In this document: positions 26,382 to 37,300 of the stretch, piece after piece | Layout of the letters: every line of letters begins with the position of its first letter | Position numbering within the stretch: the stretch's first letter is position 1 | Virus record (IMG/VR): IMGVR_UViG_2898133256_000001 | Location: 1-64,000 of that record | DNA: 64,000 nucleotides | Origin: a virus | Lineage: Duplodnaviria > Caudoviricetes | Direction: 5' to 3' (one strand) | The notes under the pieces: generated by a model | Database searches by the model: none | Seen by the model: the letters and a program-made list of their open reading frames with translations, nothing else | What the model was told of the DNA's origin: nothing | Position numbers and translations under genes: made by a program

Positions 26382-27595
26382 GCACCGGCCCGACGATGAA
26401 CGAGGAGCTGCTGGAGCGCTCCATCGCCCACGGGGTGCAGGTTGAGCGCTACAAGGCGGGCCTCGTTCGGCGCGTGGTGGAGGTGCTCAACGAATCCGAG
26501 GAGGACCTGGAAGCCGAGCTGACGAAGCGCCTGTCCCGCATCGAGGCGGCGGGCGGGTACGACGCCGGGCCCCAGGTGACGAAGCGCCTGGAGGAGATGC
26601 TGGCCCGGGTGGGCGGCGTGCGCGCCGAGGCGTACGGCACGGCGATGGGGCTCATGACGGAGGAGCTGGGCGCCTTCGCGCTGCACGAAGCCAGGTGGCA
26701 GGCGGCGGTGCTGCAGGAGACGCTCATCGTCGAGCTGTCCGTGGCCACGCCCTCCGCGGAGGTGCTGCGCGCGGCCGCCTTCTCTCGGCCCTTCGAGGGG
26801 CACGTGCTGAAGGACTGGGCGGACTCGCTCGCCCCCGCCGACGTGGACAGGCTGGGGCGCGTAGTGCGCCAGGGCGTGGTGGAGGGCAAGACGACGCAGC
26901 AGATGGTGCGCGAAGTCATGGGCACCCGCGCGGAGGGCTACTCCAACGGGATTCTGGAGACGAGCCGGCGCAACGCGGAGTCGGTGATTCGCACCGCCAC
27001 CAGCCACGTCGCCACCCAGGCCCGGGAGGAGGTGTTCAAGGCGAACGCGGACATCGTCCAGTCCGTCCGCATGGTGGCCACCCTCGATGGCCGCACCACG
27101 CTGGGGTGCATGGCGCTGGACGGGAAGGTGTTCCCCGTGCGCGACGGACGCCGTCCTCCCTTCCACCGAGGCTGTCGCACAACCACGTCGCCCGTCATTG
27201 ACGGCGTGAAAATGGTGGGAGACCGGCCCTCTGTCACGGACACACGCACAAGGCGTCAGCGGGACATCGACTTCCGCGCCGAGGCCAAGGCCAAGGCGGG
27301 CGAGGCGCGCTGGACGGCCATGTCCGAGAAGGAGCGCGCGGCCGCCATCTCCCGTCAGCGCCAGAAGTGGACGCGGGAGAACGTCGGCCAGGTGCCGAAG
27401 GGCCTGTCCTACGAGGAGTGGCTCCGGAAGCAGCCCACGCCATTCCAGGACGAGGTGCTCGGGCCCACGCGCGCCCGGTTGTGGCGCGACGGCCGCTTGC
27501 CGTTGGGGCGCTTCACCGACGCCAGCGGGAAGACGCTGACGCTGGAGCAACTGCACGCGGCGGAGGCCGCGTCTTTCAAGCGGGCGAAGTTGTAA
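26378..27595 (+). CDS. Head morphogenesis/minor capsid protein (SPP1 gp7/Mu F-like)
   Basis: IRTA..H, ATLDGRTT..C..LDGK, PPFHRGCRT, YEEWL..Q....QDEVLG. Confidence 0.9.
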   Translation: MSTGPTMNEELLERSIAHGVQVERYKAGLVRRVVEVLNESEEDLEAELTKRLSRIEAAGGYDAGPQVTKRLEEMLARVGGVRAEAYGTAMGLMTEELGAFALHEARWQAAVLQETLIVELSVATPSAEVLRAAAFSRPFEGHVLKDWADSLAPADVDRLGRVVRQGVVEGKTTQQMVREVMGTRAEGYSNGILETSRRNAESVIRTATSHVATQAREEVFKANADIVQSVRMVATLDGRTTLGCMALDGKVFPVRDGRRPPFHRGCRTTTSPVIDGVKMVGDRPSVTDTRTRRQRDIDFRAEAKAKAGEARWTAMSEKERAAAISRQRQKWTRENVGQVPKGLSYEEWLRKQPTPFQDEVLGPTRARLWRDGRLPLGRFTDASGKTLTLEQLHAAEAASFKRAKL

Positions 27596-27630
27596 CGGGC
27601 CCGCGCGCAGGACGAGAGGAGAGGACGCAC

Positions 27631-28386
27631 ATGCCGTTCGAGTGGCAGCCGGAGCTGGAGAAGCTGGATGAGGTGCCCGAGACGTACCGCGGGTTGTACG
27701 CGAAGAAGGACGGCGCGGAGGGCGAGGCCCCGAAGTTCACCCTCGACGCCGACCTGGCGAAGCGGATGGACACCTCCGCCCTCGCCAACACACTGAAGAA
27801 GGAGCGCGACATCGGCAAGGAGCTGAAGAGCCAGCTCGCCGGATTCACGAAGCTGGGGAAGGCGCCAGAGGAAGTCGAGAGACTGGTGGCCGACTTGCGC
27901 GCGGAGCTGGCCGAGGCGCGGAAGGGGAAGGAGGGCGCGGACGCGTGGGACAAGCAGCGCGCCACGCTGGAGGCGAACCACACCAAGACCCTGGGCGAGA
28001 AGGATGCCGAGGTGAAGCGGCTGACGTCCGTCATCCACAAGCGCATCGCCGAGTCCGCTGTCCGAGACGCGCTCGTGAAAAATGAAGGGGCTGTCGATCT
28101 TCTCTTACCAATCGTCGCGCCCAACGTGACTTTGGTGGAGGAAGACGGTGATTTTTTGGTCCGGATTACTGACGAGAAGGGCAACCCTCGCGACAGCAAG
28201 TCGGGCAGCCCCATGACGGTCGAAGAGTACGTCCTGGAGCTCAAGAAGGATCCGCGCTTCGCTCGTGCCTTCAAGGGCACGGGTTCCTCGGGCGGTGGGA
28301 CGCCCCCGGGGGCGAACTCGGGAGGGATTCCCGGGAGTACGAAGATGACCCCGCTGGATCGCATCTCCAAGGGGTTGAAGAAGTAG
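27631..28386 (+). CDS. Capsid scaffolding protein
   Basis: Coiled-coil, F...GSSGGG tail, directly upstream of capsid. Confidence 0.75.
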   Translation: MPFEWQPELEKLDEVPETYRGLYAKKDGAEGEAPKFTLDADLAKRMDTSALANTLKKERDIGKELKSQLAGFTKLGKAPEEVERLVADLRAELAEARKGKEGADAWDKQRATLEANHTKTLGEKDAEVKRLTSVIHKRIAESAVRDALVKNEGAVDLLLPIVAPNVTLVEEDGDFLVRITDEKGNPRDSKSGSPMTVEEYVLELKKDPRFARAFKGTGSSGGGTPPGANSGGIPGSTKMTPLDRISKGLKK

Positions 28387-28441
28387 CACCCGTCGCAGGT
28401 GCGCGTGATGCGGCCCGCGACAAACCGGGAGGGATTCCCGG
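28319..28441 (+). promoter_or_regulatory. Repeated hairpins upstream of capsid gene
   Basis: CGGGAGGGATTCCCGG at 28319 and 28426; third hairpin with GTGAT loop at 28392-28421. Confidence 0.5.
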
Positions 28442-28554
28442 CGGCAGTCACTCTTCCTCAAAGCCAGACATGACCGAGGGCTTCTGACAGCCCCGCCCTT
28501 GGCGCACCCACCGCCTGTCTTTCTTTCCCTCGCTCCGAGGAGGAGCGCCTTCCT

Positions 28555-29475
28555 ATGCCTTCAATCACCCTTGTCGAAGCCGCCAAGCTCAGCCAGGACG
28601 ACCTGGTCGGTGGAATCATCGACAACATCGTCACCGTCGACGCCTTCTACCAGCGCCTCCGCTGGGAGTCCGTGGAAGGGCCGGCCATCGTCTACAACCG
28701 CGAGTCCTCGCTGGGCGACGTGCAGATGCTGGGCGTCGGCGGCACCATCACCGCCAAGTCGCCCACCACCTTCGTCCAGGTGACGAGCGCCCTGAAGCGC
28801 ATTATCGGCGACGCCGAGGTGGACAACTTCATCGAGGCGACGCACTCGGACACCACCGACCAGAAGGCGCTCCAGGTGGCCGGGAAGGCCAAGGCGGTGG
28901 GCCGCAAGTACGCCAACCTGCTCGTCAACGGCACCGGTGCCAATGACGAGTTCGAGGGCCTGCTGGGGCTGGTGAGCGCGGGCCAGACGCTGGTGGCCGG
29001 GCCGAACGGCGCCGTCCTCTCGTTCGACTTGCTGGACCAGCTCCGGCAGAAGGTCACCGCGAAGGACGGGAAGCTCGACTTCTACATGATGTCGGGCCGC
29101 ACCATTCGCTCCTTCAAGAAGCTGCTGCGTGCGCAGGGCGGTGCCGGCATCATCGAGACGGTGGAGCTGGCGGACGGCGTGGAGGAGGTCCTCGTGTACG
29201 AGGGCGTCCCCATCTTCAGGAACGACTGGATTCCCACCAACCAGACGCAGGGCACCAGCACCACCTGCACCTCCATCATCGCCGGGTGCCTGGACGACGG
29301 CACCCGCAAGGTGGGCATCGCTGGCCTGCACGCGAAGAAGCAGATGGGCATCCACGTCGCTGACATCGGCGAGGCGGAGCTGAAGGACGAGTCCATCACC
29401 CGCGTGAAGTTCTACTGCGGCCTGGCCGTGTTCAGCGACCTGGGGCTGGCGGTGCTCCAGGGCGTGACGGACTGA
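28555..29475 (+). CDS. Major capsid protein
   Basis: TLVEAAKL, YNRE, GDAEVDNFI, EFEGL, YEGVPI, RVKFYCGLA; GAGGAG RBS. Confidence 0.9.
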   Translation: MPSITLVEAAKLSQDDLVGGIIDNIVTVDAFYQRLRWESVEGPAIVYNRESSLGDVQMLGVGGTITAKSPTTFVQVTSALKRIIGDAEVDNFIEATHSDTTDQKALQVAGKAKAVGRKYANLLVNGTGANDEFEGLLGLVSAGQTLVAGPNGAVLSFDLLDQLRQKVTAKDGKLDFYMMSGRTIRSFKKLLRAQGGAGIIETVELADGVEEVLVYEGVPIFRNDWIPTNQTQGTSTTCTSIIAGCLDDGTRKVGIAGLHAKKQMGIHVADIGEAELKDESITRVKFYCGLAVFSDLGLAVLQGVTD

Positions 29476-29584
29476 GCGACGCGCTTCTCGGCCGGGCCTG
29501 CCCGCGGGGACTTCCTGCCTGGGTGGGCCCGGCCCTCAACCTCGCGCCCGGCGTGTGCTGGGCGCATTCCCTGTGGAGCAGGAC

Positions 29585-30052
29585 ATGGCTGGAAACCGAC
29601 TGACGGTGGACGTGGCGTTGGTGGGGCCGCGCGAGGGGGATACGTGCAGCCTCGCGGGCTTCGACTTCAAGGACGGAGTGGCCGAGGTGCCGAGACACGC
29701 GGCGACGGCCCTTCACATTCTCGGCAAGTACCACAACGCCTTCCAGGTGGACTCGCGCGAGTATGAGGAGGCCCAGGCGAAGTGGGCGAAGGAGAAGGCG
29801 AGCGCGGAGTCCGCCGGCGCTGCGGACCCGAAGCTGGTGTCCGCGCTGGAGGACGCCCAGTCGCACATCGATGCGCAGAACGCGGAGATGGAGCGGCTGC
29901 GAGCGCTGCTGCGTGAAACGCAGGGGCTGGTGCCGAGCGCCGCGAAGGCCCAGGCGACGACGGAGCTGACGAAGGCCCCGGAAGAGCCCGCCCCGGCCGA
30001 CGCGAAGGGCCCCAAGGCGCCGAAGGCCCCCAAGGCGCCGAAGGGCGAATAG
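29585..30052 (+). CDS. Hypothetical head-associated protein
   Basis: Follows capsid; KAP repeats at C-terminus. Confidence 0.6.
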   Translation: MAGNRLTVDVALVGPREGDTCSLAGFDFKDGVAEVPRHAATALHILGKYHNAFQVDSREYEEAQAKWAKEKASAESAGAADPKLVSALEDAQSHIDAQNAEMERLRALLRETQGLVPSAAKAQATTELTKAPEEPAPADAKGPKAPKAPKAPKGE

Positions 30053-30070
30053 GCCGAGGAGCAACCGCCC

Positions 30071-30562
30071 ATGCCCATTGACGCGACGCCGGGCGGCCCT
30101 GCCGCCGACTCGTACTGCACCCTGGTGGAGGCGGACGCCTACCACTCCGCGCGCGCGCACAACGCGGCGTGGGAGTCCGCCACCGTTGAGCAGAAGGAGC
30201 GCCACCTGAAGTGGGCCACGAGCCTCTTGGACACCCACTTCCAGTACCTGGGCGCGCGCGTCAGCGACGCCCAAGCGCTGGCGTGGCCCCGGCGTGGCGT
30301 GCGTCTGGACGGCGTGGACGTGTCGCCCCTCACCGTGCCGCTGCGCTTGCGCGGCGCGGTGGCGGAGTTCGCCTTCCGCCTCATGCCCGAGGACTGGACG
30401 GCGGGGCTGGGGCCCGTGGTGGACCAGGGCGTCCAGGTGGGACCGCTGAAGACGACGGCGGAGACGCACGTGCCCATTCCGGCCCAGGTGGCGCAGATGC
30501 TGGCGCCGCTGGTGCGCCCGCGGCCGGCGGGCATTGGCTCCCTGCAGGTGGTGCGAGGGTGA
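30071..30562 (+). CDS. Head-tail adaptor
   Basis: DSYCTL.EADAY, QALAWPR, VP. Confidence 0.8.
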   Translation: MPIDATPGGPAADSYCTLVEADAYHSARAHNAAWESATVEQKERHLKWATSLLDTHFQYLGARVSDAQALAWPRRGVRLDGVDVSPLTVPLRLRGAVAEFAFRLMPEDWTAGLGPVVDQGVQVGPLKTTAETHVPIPAQVAQMLAPLVRPRPAGIGSLQVVRG

Positions 30563-30948
30563 GTGCCCAGGCGGACAGGCTGGCGCGCAAGGCTCTCGCG
30601 CTGCTGGAGAAGTACGGGGAGGAGGCCTTCCTCACCCGACGCACGACGGGGGAGTACGACGTCGCCACCTCGGCGCCGGCAGTGACGGTGGCCAGCCATG
30701 AAGTGAAGGTGCTGGTGCTGGCCGACAGCGGGCAGGACAAGGAGGGCGACTCGCTGGCGAAGGGCAGCACGGTGAAGGCCGCTCGCCGCAAACTGCTGGT
30801 GGCGGCCGGCGGCCTGGCCGTAGTGCCGGTGCCAGGTGACGAGGTGGGCCCGCTGGAGGTCCGCACCTGGACAGTCCTCGCGACGGACCCGCCCGTCCAA
30901 CTCGGCGGGACGCCCATCCTCTTCACGCTGCGGGTGGCCTCGACATGA
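30559..30948 (+). CDS. Head closure protein
   Basis: LLEKYG, G.YD..T; synteny. Confidence 0.65.
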   Translation: MSAQADRLARKALALLEKYGEEAFLTRRTTGEYDVATSAPAVTVASHEVKVLVLADSGQDKEGDSLAKGSTVKAARRKLLVAAGGLAVVPVPGDEVGPLEVRTWTVLATDPPVQLGGTPILFTLRVAST

Positions 30949-31412
30949 GCACCGTCAAGCGCACGGACGCCAAGGTCCGCAAGGGTGCCAGCTTCTCCCG
31001 GCAGGTGGAGGCCTTCGTCGGCATGGCGAAGGAGCGCGCCAACGTCGTGGTGCGGAAGACAGCCCTCGGCTTGCTCGCCAACGTCGTGGAGGCGTCGCCG
31101 GTGGACACCGGGCGCTTCCGGGGCAACTGGCAGGTGGGCATCGGCGCGCGGCCCTCGGGCACCACGGAGGACTCAGACAAGGACGGCAGCGGCGTCGTCA
31201 CCGCCGCGGCGTCCCAGCTCGAGGCCGCGACGCTGGGCAACACGGTGTACGTCACCAACAACCTGCCGTACGCCCGCCGGCTGGAGTTCGGCCACTCGGC
31301 CCAGGCTCCACGCGGCATGGTGCGCATCACCGTCGCCCGCCTGCGAGAAATCCTCGAGGGGGCGGTGGAGGACGCGAAACAGGGTGGGGGTGGAGGGGGC
31401 GGTGGCACGTGA
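30945..31412 (+). CDS. HK97 gp10-like tail completion protein
   Basis: SPVDTGRFRGNW, NNLPYARRLEFGHS.QAP.GMV. Confidence 0.88.
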   Translation: MSTVKRTDAKVRKGASFSRQVEAFVGMAKERANVVVRKTALGLLANVVEASPVDTGRFRGNWQVGIGARPSGTTEDSDKDGSGVVTAAASQLEAATLGNTVYVTNNLPYARRLEFGHSAQAPRGMVRITVARLREILEGAVEDAKQGGGGGGGGT

Positions 31413-31834
31413 GCACCGTCCTGCTGGACATCACCCAGGCGCTGGAGGCGCGAGTGGTGGAGGTGCTGGAGCCCGTGCTGGGCCCCGGCCACCTGGCCTT
31501 CCCCAACGTGCCCTTCACCCCGGTGGCGGGCACCCCTTGGGCGAAGGTGGACCACCTGCCGGCGCGCACCGCGGCGGGCAGCGCGGGCGTGGACGCGTAC
31601 ACGCGCCGCCCCGGCGTCCTCCAGGTGTCCCTCTTCTTCCCCCTGGGCGCGGGGACAGCTCCTTCCCTCATTGCCGCCCAGGCGGTGTGTGACGGCTTCA
31701 AGCGGGGCACCACGCTGGCGCGCGGGGACACCACCGTCCGCGTCCAGTCCGCCTCCGTCGCCCCGGGTTTCCGCGACGAGCCGTGGTGGGCGGTGCCTGT
31801 CTCCGTCTGGTGGTTGGTGCACTCAATCGACTGA
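31409..31834 (+). CDS. Tail terminator (DUF4128-like)
   Basis: AFPNVPF.P, GVLQVSLF.P.G.G; synteny. Confidence 0.75.
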   Translation: MSTVLLDITQALEARVVEVLEPVLGPGHLAFPNVPFTPVAGTPWAKVDHLPARTAAGSAGVDAYTRRPGVLQVSLFFPLGAGTAPSLIAAQAVCDGFKRGTTLARGDTTVRVQSASVAPGFRDEPWWAVPVSVWWLVHSID

Positions 31835-31862
31835 GCCGCCACGAGCGGCAGGAGGTACTCAC

Positions 31863-33014
31863 ATGGCTTCTTCGGCTTCAGGGCAGCGCACCGCCGTGCG
31901 CTTCGTCGCGGAGGGCGACTACGGCGTCCCCGCCAGCACCACGTACCAGGCGCTCCGCTTCACCGGCACCAGCCTCAACCTCGGCAAGGAGACGTTCCAG
32001 TCCAACGAGATTCGGGCGGACAGGCAGGTGGCGGACCTCCGCCACGGCATGCGGAGCGTGGCCGGGGACGTCTCCTTCGAACTCTCCCGCCTCACCTTCG
32101 ACGAGCTGCTCGCGGGGGCGTTGGGCGGCACCTGGGAGGCGGTGACGACGGGCGCGGTGTCGCTGGAGGCGGACGCGGATGACGAGTCCTTCGTCCGCAC
32201 CACCGGCAGCTTCCTCGCCGAAGGCTTCCTCCCGGGCGACGAGGTGTCCGCAACCGGCTTCGCGACGGCGGGCAACAACGGCCGGGCCAAGGTGGTGTCC
32301 GTCACCCCGCTGTCCCTCACCGTGGACAAGGCGCTCGCCGCGGACGCCGCAGCGGCGGCGCGCACCGTGGCCCTGGTGGGGCGGCGGTTGAAGAATGGGA
32401 CGCTGCTGAAGACGTACAGCATCGAGCGCGCCTTCACCGACATCGGCCAGTACCTCCTGTACCGGGGCTGCGCGGTCAACGGGCTGAAGCTCTCCATCCA
32501 GCCCGGGGAAATCGTCACCGGCAGCGTCACGTGGTTGGGCAAGGACATGGTGCAGGCCACGGCCTCGCATGCCACCACCCTCACCCCGCCCGGCACCGGC
32601 AGCCCCTTCGACGCCTTCACCGGCGCGTTGCTGGAGGGTGGGGTGGTGGTGGCCAACGTCACCGGCGTGGAGCTGGACATCAGCAACGGCCGCACCACCA
32701 AAGGCGTCGTCGGCCAGGCGTCGCCCACCGAGGTGCATGAGGGCGGCTTCGGGGTGTCCGGCACCCTCAGCGCCTACTTCCAGGACGGCACCCTCCTCAA
32801 CCGCTTCATCGACGAGGAGGAGTCCTCCCTCGAGGTACTGCTGCGGGACGTCAACGGCGTGGACTTCCACCGGCTGTACATCCCCCGCCTCAAGTACACG
32901 GGCGGTGACTTGGACAACCCGAAGGAGGGCCCCGTCGTCGTCTCGCTGCCCTTCACCGCGCTCCTCGACTCCGTGTCCGGCGCCACCCTCGTCTACCAGC
33001 GCAGCAACGCGTAG
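31863..33014 (+). CDS. Major tail tube protein
   Basis: SNEIR.DRQ, G...FELS, SIER.F.DI, SGTL.AYF; AGGAGG RBS. Confidence 0.85.
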   Translation: MASSASGQRTAVRFVAEGDYGVPASTTYQALRFTGTSLNLGKETFQSNEIRADRQVADLRHGMRSVAGDVSFELSRLTFDELLAGALGGTWEAVTTGAVSLEADADDESFVRTTGSFLAEGFLPGDEVSATGFATAGNNGRAKVVSVTPLSLTVDKALAADAAAAARTVALVGRRLKNGTLLKTYSIERAFTDIGQYLLYRGCAVNGLKLSIQPGEIVTGSVTWLGKDMVQATASHATTLTPPGTGSPFDAFTGALLEGGVVVANVTGVELDISNGRTTKGVVGQASPTEVHEGGFGVSGTLSAYFQDGTLLNRFIDEEESSLEVLLRDVNGVDFHRLYIPRLKYTGGDLDNPKEGPVVVSLPFTALLDSVSGATLVYQRSNA

Positions 33015-33077
33015 CCCCTCCCGCTCGTGGCGCTCGCCGCGGGCACACACCCTCGTTGTTCCCGAAGGAGCACCTCC

Positions 33078-33518
33078 ATGAACGGACCCACCGGTTTCGA
33101 CCTTTCCTCCATCCAGCACCGTGACACCTCGGTGGTGGAAATCCGCCACCCCGTCACCGCCAAGCCCGTCGGCGTCCAGGTGGAGGTGGCCAGCGCCGAC
33201 TCCTCCCTCGTCCGCGAGGCGGAGCGGGAGCTGCGGGAGCAGTCCCTGGCGCGCTACCAGCTCAACCGCGGTGCCGCGCTGACGGCGAAGGAGATGGAGT
33301 CCGACGCGCTGGAGTTGCTGGTGCGCCGCACCGTCTCCTGGAGCGGCGTGCTGGAGGGTGGCAAGCCTCTGGCCTACACCCCGGACAACGCCCGGCGCCT
33401 GTACACCTCCCTCCCGTGGCTGCGCCGCCAGGTGGACGAGGCGTGCGCGGACCGCGCCCGTTTTTTCGTGGACTCGGTGAGCAGCTCCTCGGCTTCGCTC
33501 GCCACGAATTCGGACTGA
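33078..33518 (+). CDS. Tail assembly chaperone (gpG-like)
   Basis: HPVT, W.GV, NARRL...PWLRRQVD...DRARFF. Confidence 0.85.
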   Translation: MNGPTGFDLSSIQHRDTSVVEIRHPVTAKPVGVQVEVASADSSLVREAERELREQSLARYQLNRGAALTAKEMESDALELLVRRTVSWSGVLEGGKPLAYTPDNARRLYTSLPWLRRQVDEACADRARFFVDSVSSSSASLATNSD

Positions 33519-33823
33519 GCCGGGCCCCGGAGGGCAGTGACGTCTCCCTCCGGGCCCACCTGGAGCAGGTGGCGAAGGCGACGGGGCAGGTGCCGGCGGA
33601 GCTGGTGAACGAGTACGAGCTTCCGGCGGCGCTCGCCCACGTCTGGGAGTGGTTCTGCGAGCTGAGTGGCGCGCGTGGGGCGGGCATGTACTCGCTCGCC
33701 CCCATCACCTTCCAGGACATCGCGGCATGGGCCCGGCTCACCGGGCACCGACCCTCACCCGCGGAGGTGGGGCTGCTTCGTCAGCTCGATGACGTCTTCC
33801 GCGAGGAGCTGAACCCGAAGTGA
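33461..33823 (+). CDS. gpGT-like -1 frameshift extension of tail assembly chaperone
   Basis: Slippery T TTT TTC at 33461-33467 in chaperone frame; -1 frame open to 33823 with HVWEWFCEL, PIT..DI.AW. Confidence 0.85.
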   Translation, partial: FFRGLGEQLLGFARHEFGLSRAPEGSDVSLRAHLEQVAKATGQVPAELVNEYELPAALAHVWEWFCELSGARGAGMYSLAPITFQDIAAWARLTGHRPSPAEVGLLRQLDDVFREELNPK

Positions 33824-33848
33824 CGAGGTGGCGGTGCTGCTGCAACTC

Positions 33849-34289
33849 CTAGTTCTGAAGTGGTTGCTCGGCCTTCTTCTTCTCCTCCTCGGCTCGCTCC
33901 TTGGCTGCGAGGTCCGCCATGACGGCGTCGATGCCGCGGAGCTCGGACACGGGCTTCGTCATCTCGATGCCCGTGTCTCGGTCCCGGAACCCGACGTGTG
34001 TCCATCCCTCTTTCTCCATTTCCTCCTTGCCACCGTCGTAGTTCGGCATCTCCTTCATCATCGCGGCTCGAATCTCGTTCGGGTTCGTCGAGCCGAATGG
34101 CTGGATGCGGAGGATTGTTGTGTGGTGCTTCCCCGCGGTGGCCCAGCGAAGCTGTGGGGTACCCGCAGTGTCGTTGCTCTGCTGGATCATCTGGATCCGT
34201 TTTGCTTCGAGCCGTTTTGCTTCCTCCGTGCGGAGGTCACAAGCAGCGACGAGAAGAGACACGGCCAGGAGGGCGTAGGGCGCACGCAT
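33849..34289 (-). CDS. Lipoprotein moron
   Basis: MRAPYALLAVSLLVAAC lipobox; antisense between chaperone and TMP. Confidence 0.65.
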   Translation of the reverse strand: MRAPYALLAVSLLVAACDLRTEEAKRLEAKRIQMIQQSNDTAGTPQLRWATAGKHHTTILRIQPFGSTNPNEIRAAMMKEMPNYDGGKEEMEKEGWTHVGFRDRDTGIEMTKPVSELRGIDAVMADLAAKERAEEEKKKAEQPLQN

Positions 34290-34380
34290 GGGGCAGGAGG
34301 CGAACACAGCCCGGGCCAGGTGGTCCACTGGTCGCGCGTTCAGTCGGGCGGCTACAGCCCCTCGCTGACGGGAGGCGCCC

Positions 34381-37300
34381 ATGTCTGAGGGGGTCGACCT
34401 GGCGGAGTTGTCGATTCGCATCGACACCTCGGAGTCCGCCGCCGGAGTGCAGGGACTCAACGACCTGACGAAGGCATCCGAGAAGACGGAGACGGCCACC
34501 AAAAAGGTGGAGACGGCCAGTGAGCAGTTCCAGCGCGAGATGGCGCGGATGCACAAGGAAGTGGAGGCCAACGTCAGGGCCTTCGAGGAGATGCGCAACA
34601 AGTTGAAAGATTTGGAACGAGTGACTGCGCTCGCGAAGACCTTCGACGCCGCGGCGGAGGCCGCGAAGCGGTTTCAGAAGTCGATGGAAGACACGAAGGT
34701 GTTGGACGCCTTCAACGAGAAGCTGAAGCAGTTGGAGGGCTCGGCGGGCCGCCTCACGTCCGCGTTCGGGGACACGGGCACCATCCACCGGTTCATGAAC
34801 GAGCTGAACAAGGCCTCGTCTGCCATGTCGAAGATGCAGGACGACATGCGCGCCGCGAAGTCCATCCAGGAGGTGGCGAAGGCAGCGGACCTGGCGAAGT
34901 CGCCCGTGGAACAGCTTACGAAGGGGCTCGGGGGACTCGCCGGCAACGTCATGGGCATGGTGGCAGTGGGGGCGACGTTCCGCAGCGTCACCACGGAGGC
35001 CATGGGGTTCTCCACGGCCATGGCGCAGGTGAGCACTCTGCTGGAGGACGACCAGCTCGGAATGATGGGGCAGCTCGCGGACAGCGCGAAGCGCCTGGGG
35101 GCGGAGTTCGGTCGAGGGCCCACCGACCAGGCCAAGGCGTTGTACGAAATCATGAGCGCTGGTGCGGCGGACGCGGCGAAGGCCACGGAGATGCTCGCTG
35201 TCGCCAACAAGCTCGCCATCGGCGGCGTGACGGATGTGAGCGTCGCGGCGGACGGACTCACCAGCATCATGGCGAGCTACGGAAATCAGCTCCGTAACGC
35301 CACCCAGGCCGCCGACGCCATGTTCATCTCCGCTGCTGACGGGAAGACGTCCATCGAGACCATCGCCCGGCACATCGGCAAGGTGGCGCCCATCGCGTCG
35401 CAGACGGGCGTGTCCCTTCAGGAGTTGCTCGCGGCGAATGCGGCGCTCACGAAGGCCGGTATCAAGACGGAAACGGCCATGGAGGGCGTCCGGAGCATCC
35501 TCGCCCAGGTTGCCAAGCCCTCCGGCGAGGCGGCCATCCTCGCGAAGGAGCTGGGCATCCAGTTCGACACCGCGGGGCTGAAGTCCAAGGGGCTTTCGGG
35601 CTTCCTCCAGGACATGAAAGACAAGACGGGTGGTAGCACCGAGTTGCTCGCCGCTCTCGTCGGCGGCGTCGAGGCGCTACTCCCCGCGATGACCCTCTCG
35701 GGGACGGCCTCGGCGGACTTCGCCGCGTCGCTCCGGCACATGGAGACGTCGGCGGGAAAGACGGAGACCGCCTTCCGGAAGATGGCGGAGACGCCGCAGA
35801 TGAAGGTGGACCAACTCCGAGCGCGCTTCGCCGCGCTGCGCATCGAGGTGGGCGAGGACCTGCTCGGAACCATCTCGCCCGCCATGGACGGACTGCTGCG
35901 CAACTTCGACGAGGTGACGACGGCCGCGCGCTATCTCGGCCAAGCGGTGGCGGTGATCGCCGCGGCGCGCGTGGTCTCCTGGGGCCAGGAGTGGACGAAG
36001 GCGCTGTATGAAAAGGCCGCTGCGGCGAAGAAGGCGAGGGAGGCGGTCGTCGAGGCCGCACTGACTGAGTCGCTCTACAAACGCGTCCAGGGGGAGAGCC
36101 GGGCCGAGTCGTTGAAGAACGCGATGGCCCAGCTTGAAAAGCGGCAGGCCACGCTACAGACGGCGGCGGCGCTCGAACTCTCAATGACTGCCTCCCGCAA
36201 GGCGGCCATTGAGTCCAATCTGTTGGCGCAGGCGAAGGTGCGCGAGGCGATTGCCATCGAGGGGGCGACGTTCGCCACCCGGGCGGGGTCTGCCGCGCTG
36301 GCAGCCATGGGCGGCCCCATCGGAGTGGTCGTCATCGCGCTTGGCGCGGCGGTCACCGCTTTCGCCGAGTTCGGGCGGGCCGCGGAGGAGGCCCGGGAAA
36401 AGGCAATGCAGCACGCCCAGGAGTCAGCCGCTGCGGTTGGGCGTGGCGCACAAATCGTAGTGGACCTCATGAAGCAGACAAAGGCTATGGAGGGCCAGAC
36501 GAAGGCAGTTGACGACCAGCGAAAGGCATTGGAACTGCTCGTCATTGCAAAGGAAGAGGTCGGCGCTCTTGGCGGGAAGTACCAAGACCTTCTGACGAGC
36601 GAGGTCGACACAGTTGGAGAACTTAGATCCGTCGTTCGGGCGGTCGCAGATGAGGACTTGAGGGTCGCCCAGTCAGAGGTTGCGCGACTGTCTGCCGCAG
36701 TGAAGGAGAAGCAGAACCTCATCGTCTCTGTGAATTGGAGGTGGGCTGGTCGAGGGAAGCCGTTCTCCGAGGTTCGGAAAGACTCGCGGTTCGCCGAGCA
36801 GATCGAAGAAAAGCTCGTTCCCTTGGAGAAGGAACTCGCTGTTCACCAGCAGCGCGCCGCTGAAGTCCAGAAGGCCCTCCTTTCGATAGAGGAGGCGGCG
36901 AGGGAGGAGGCCAAGCTGGCCGACAAGGTTGCCGGCGCCCATGGCCGCGTGGGAGCCGCAGCCACGAAGTCGGCTACCGAGATGATTGACGCGGCCAAGG
37001 CTAAGGATGCGGAGGCGAAGAAGGCCACGGCGTGGCTGGAGAAGCTGGAGGAGGACGTCCGGGGTATCGGGAAGACGAAGGCGGGCGCCCTCAACCAGTC
37101 GGACGAGTACAAGGCGCTCACGGAGGAGCAGAAGAAGCTCGCCGACGCGGCCATTGCGAAGCTCCAGGACGCTGAGGCCACGAAGAAGCAGGCCCAGGCG
37201 CGGGACGAGCTGGCGAAGAAGTCCGTGAACTGGCTGCAGCGCATCGAGGAAGAGGCGCGTGCCGTCGGAAAGGCGAAGGCGGAGGCGCTCAATCTCACCG

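Noticed and set aside
30004-30045. KAP tripeptide repeats (and the PQ repeat at about 41550-41600)
   Set aside because: Ordinary low-complexity protein tails
33461-33467. Tail chaperone -1 frameshift as a novelty
   Set aside because: Well supported but a standard feature of long-tailed phages; listed as a feature only
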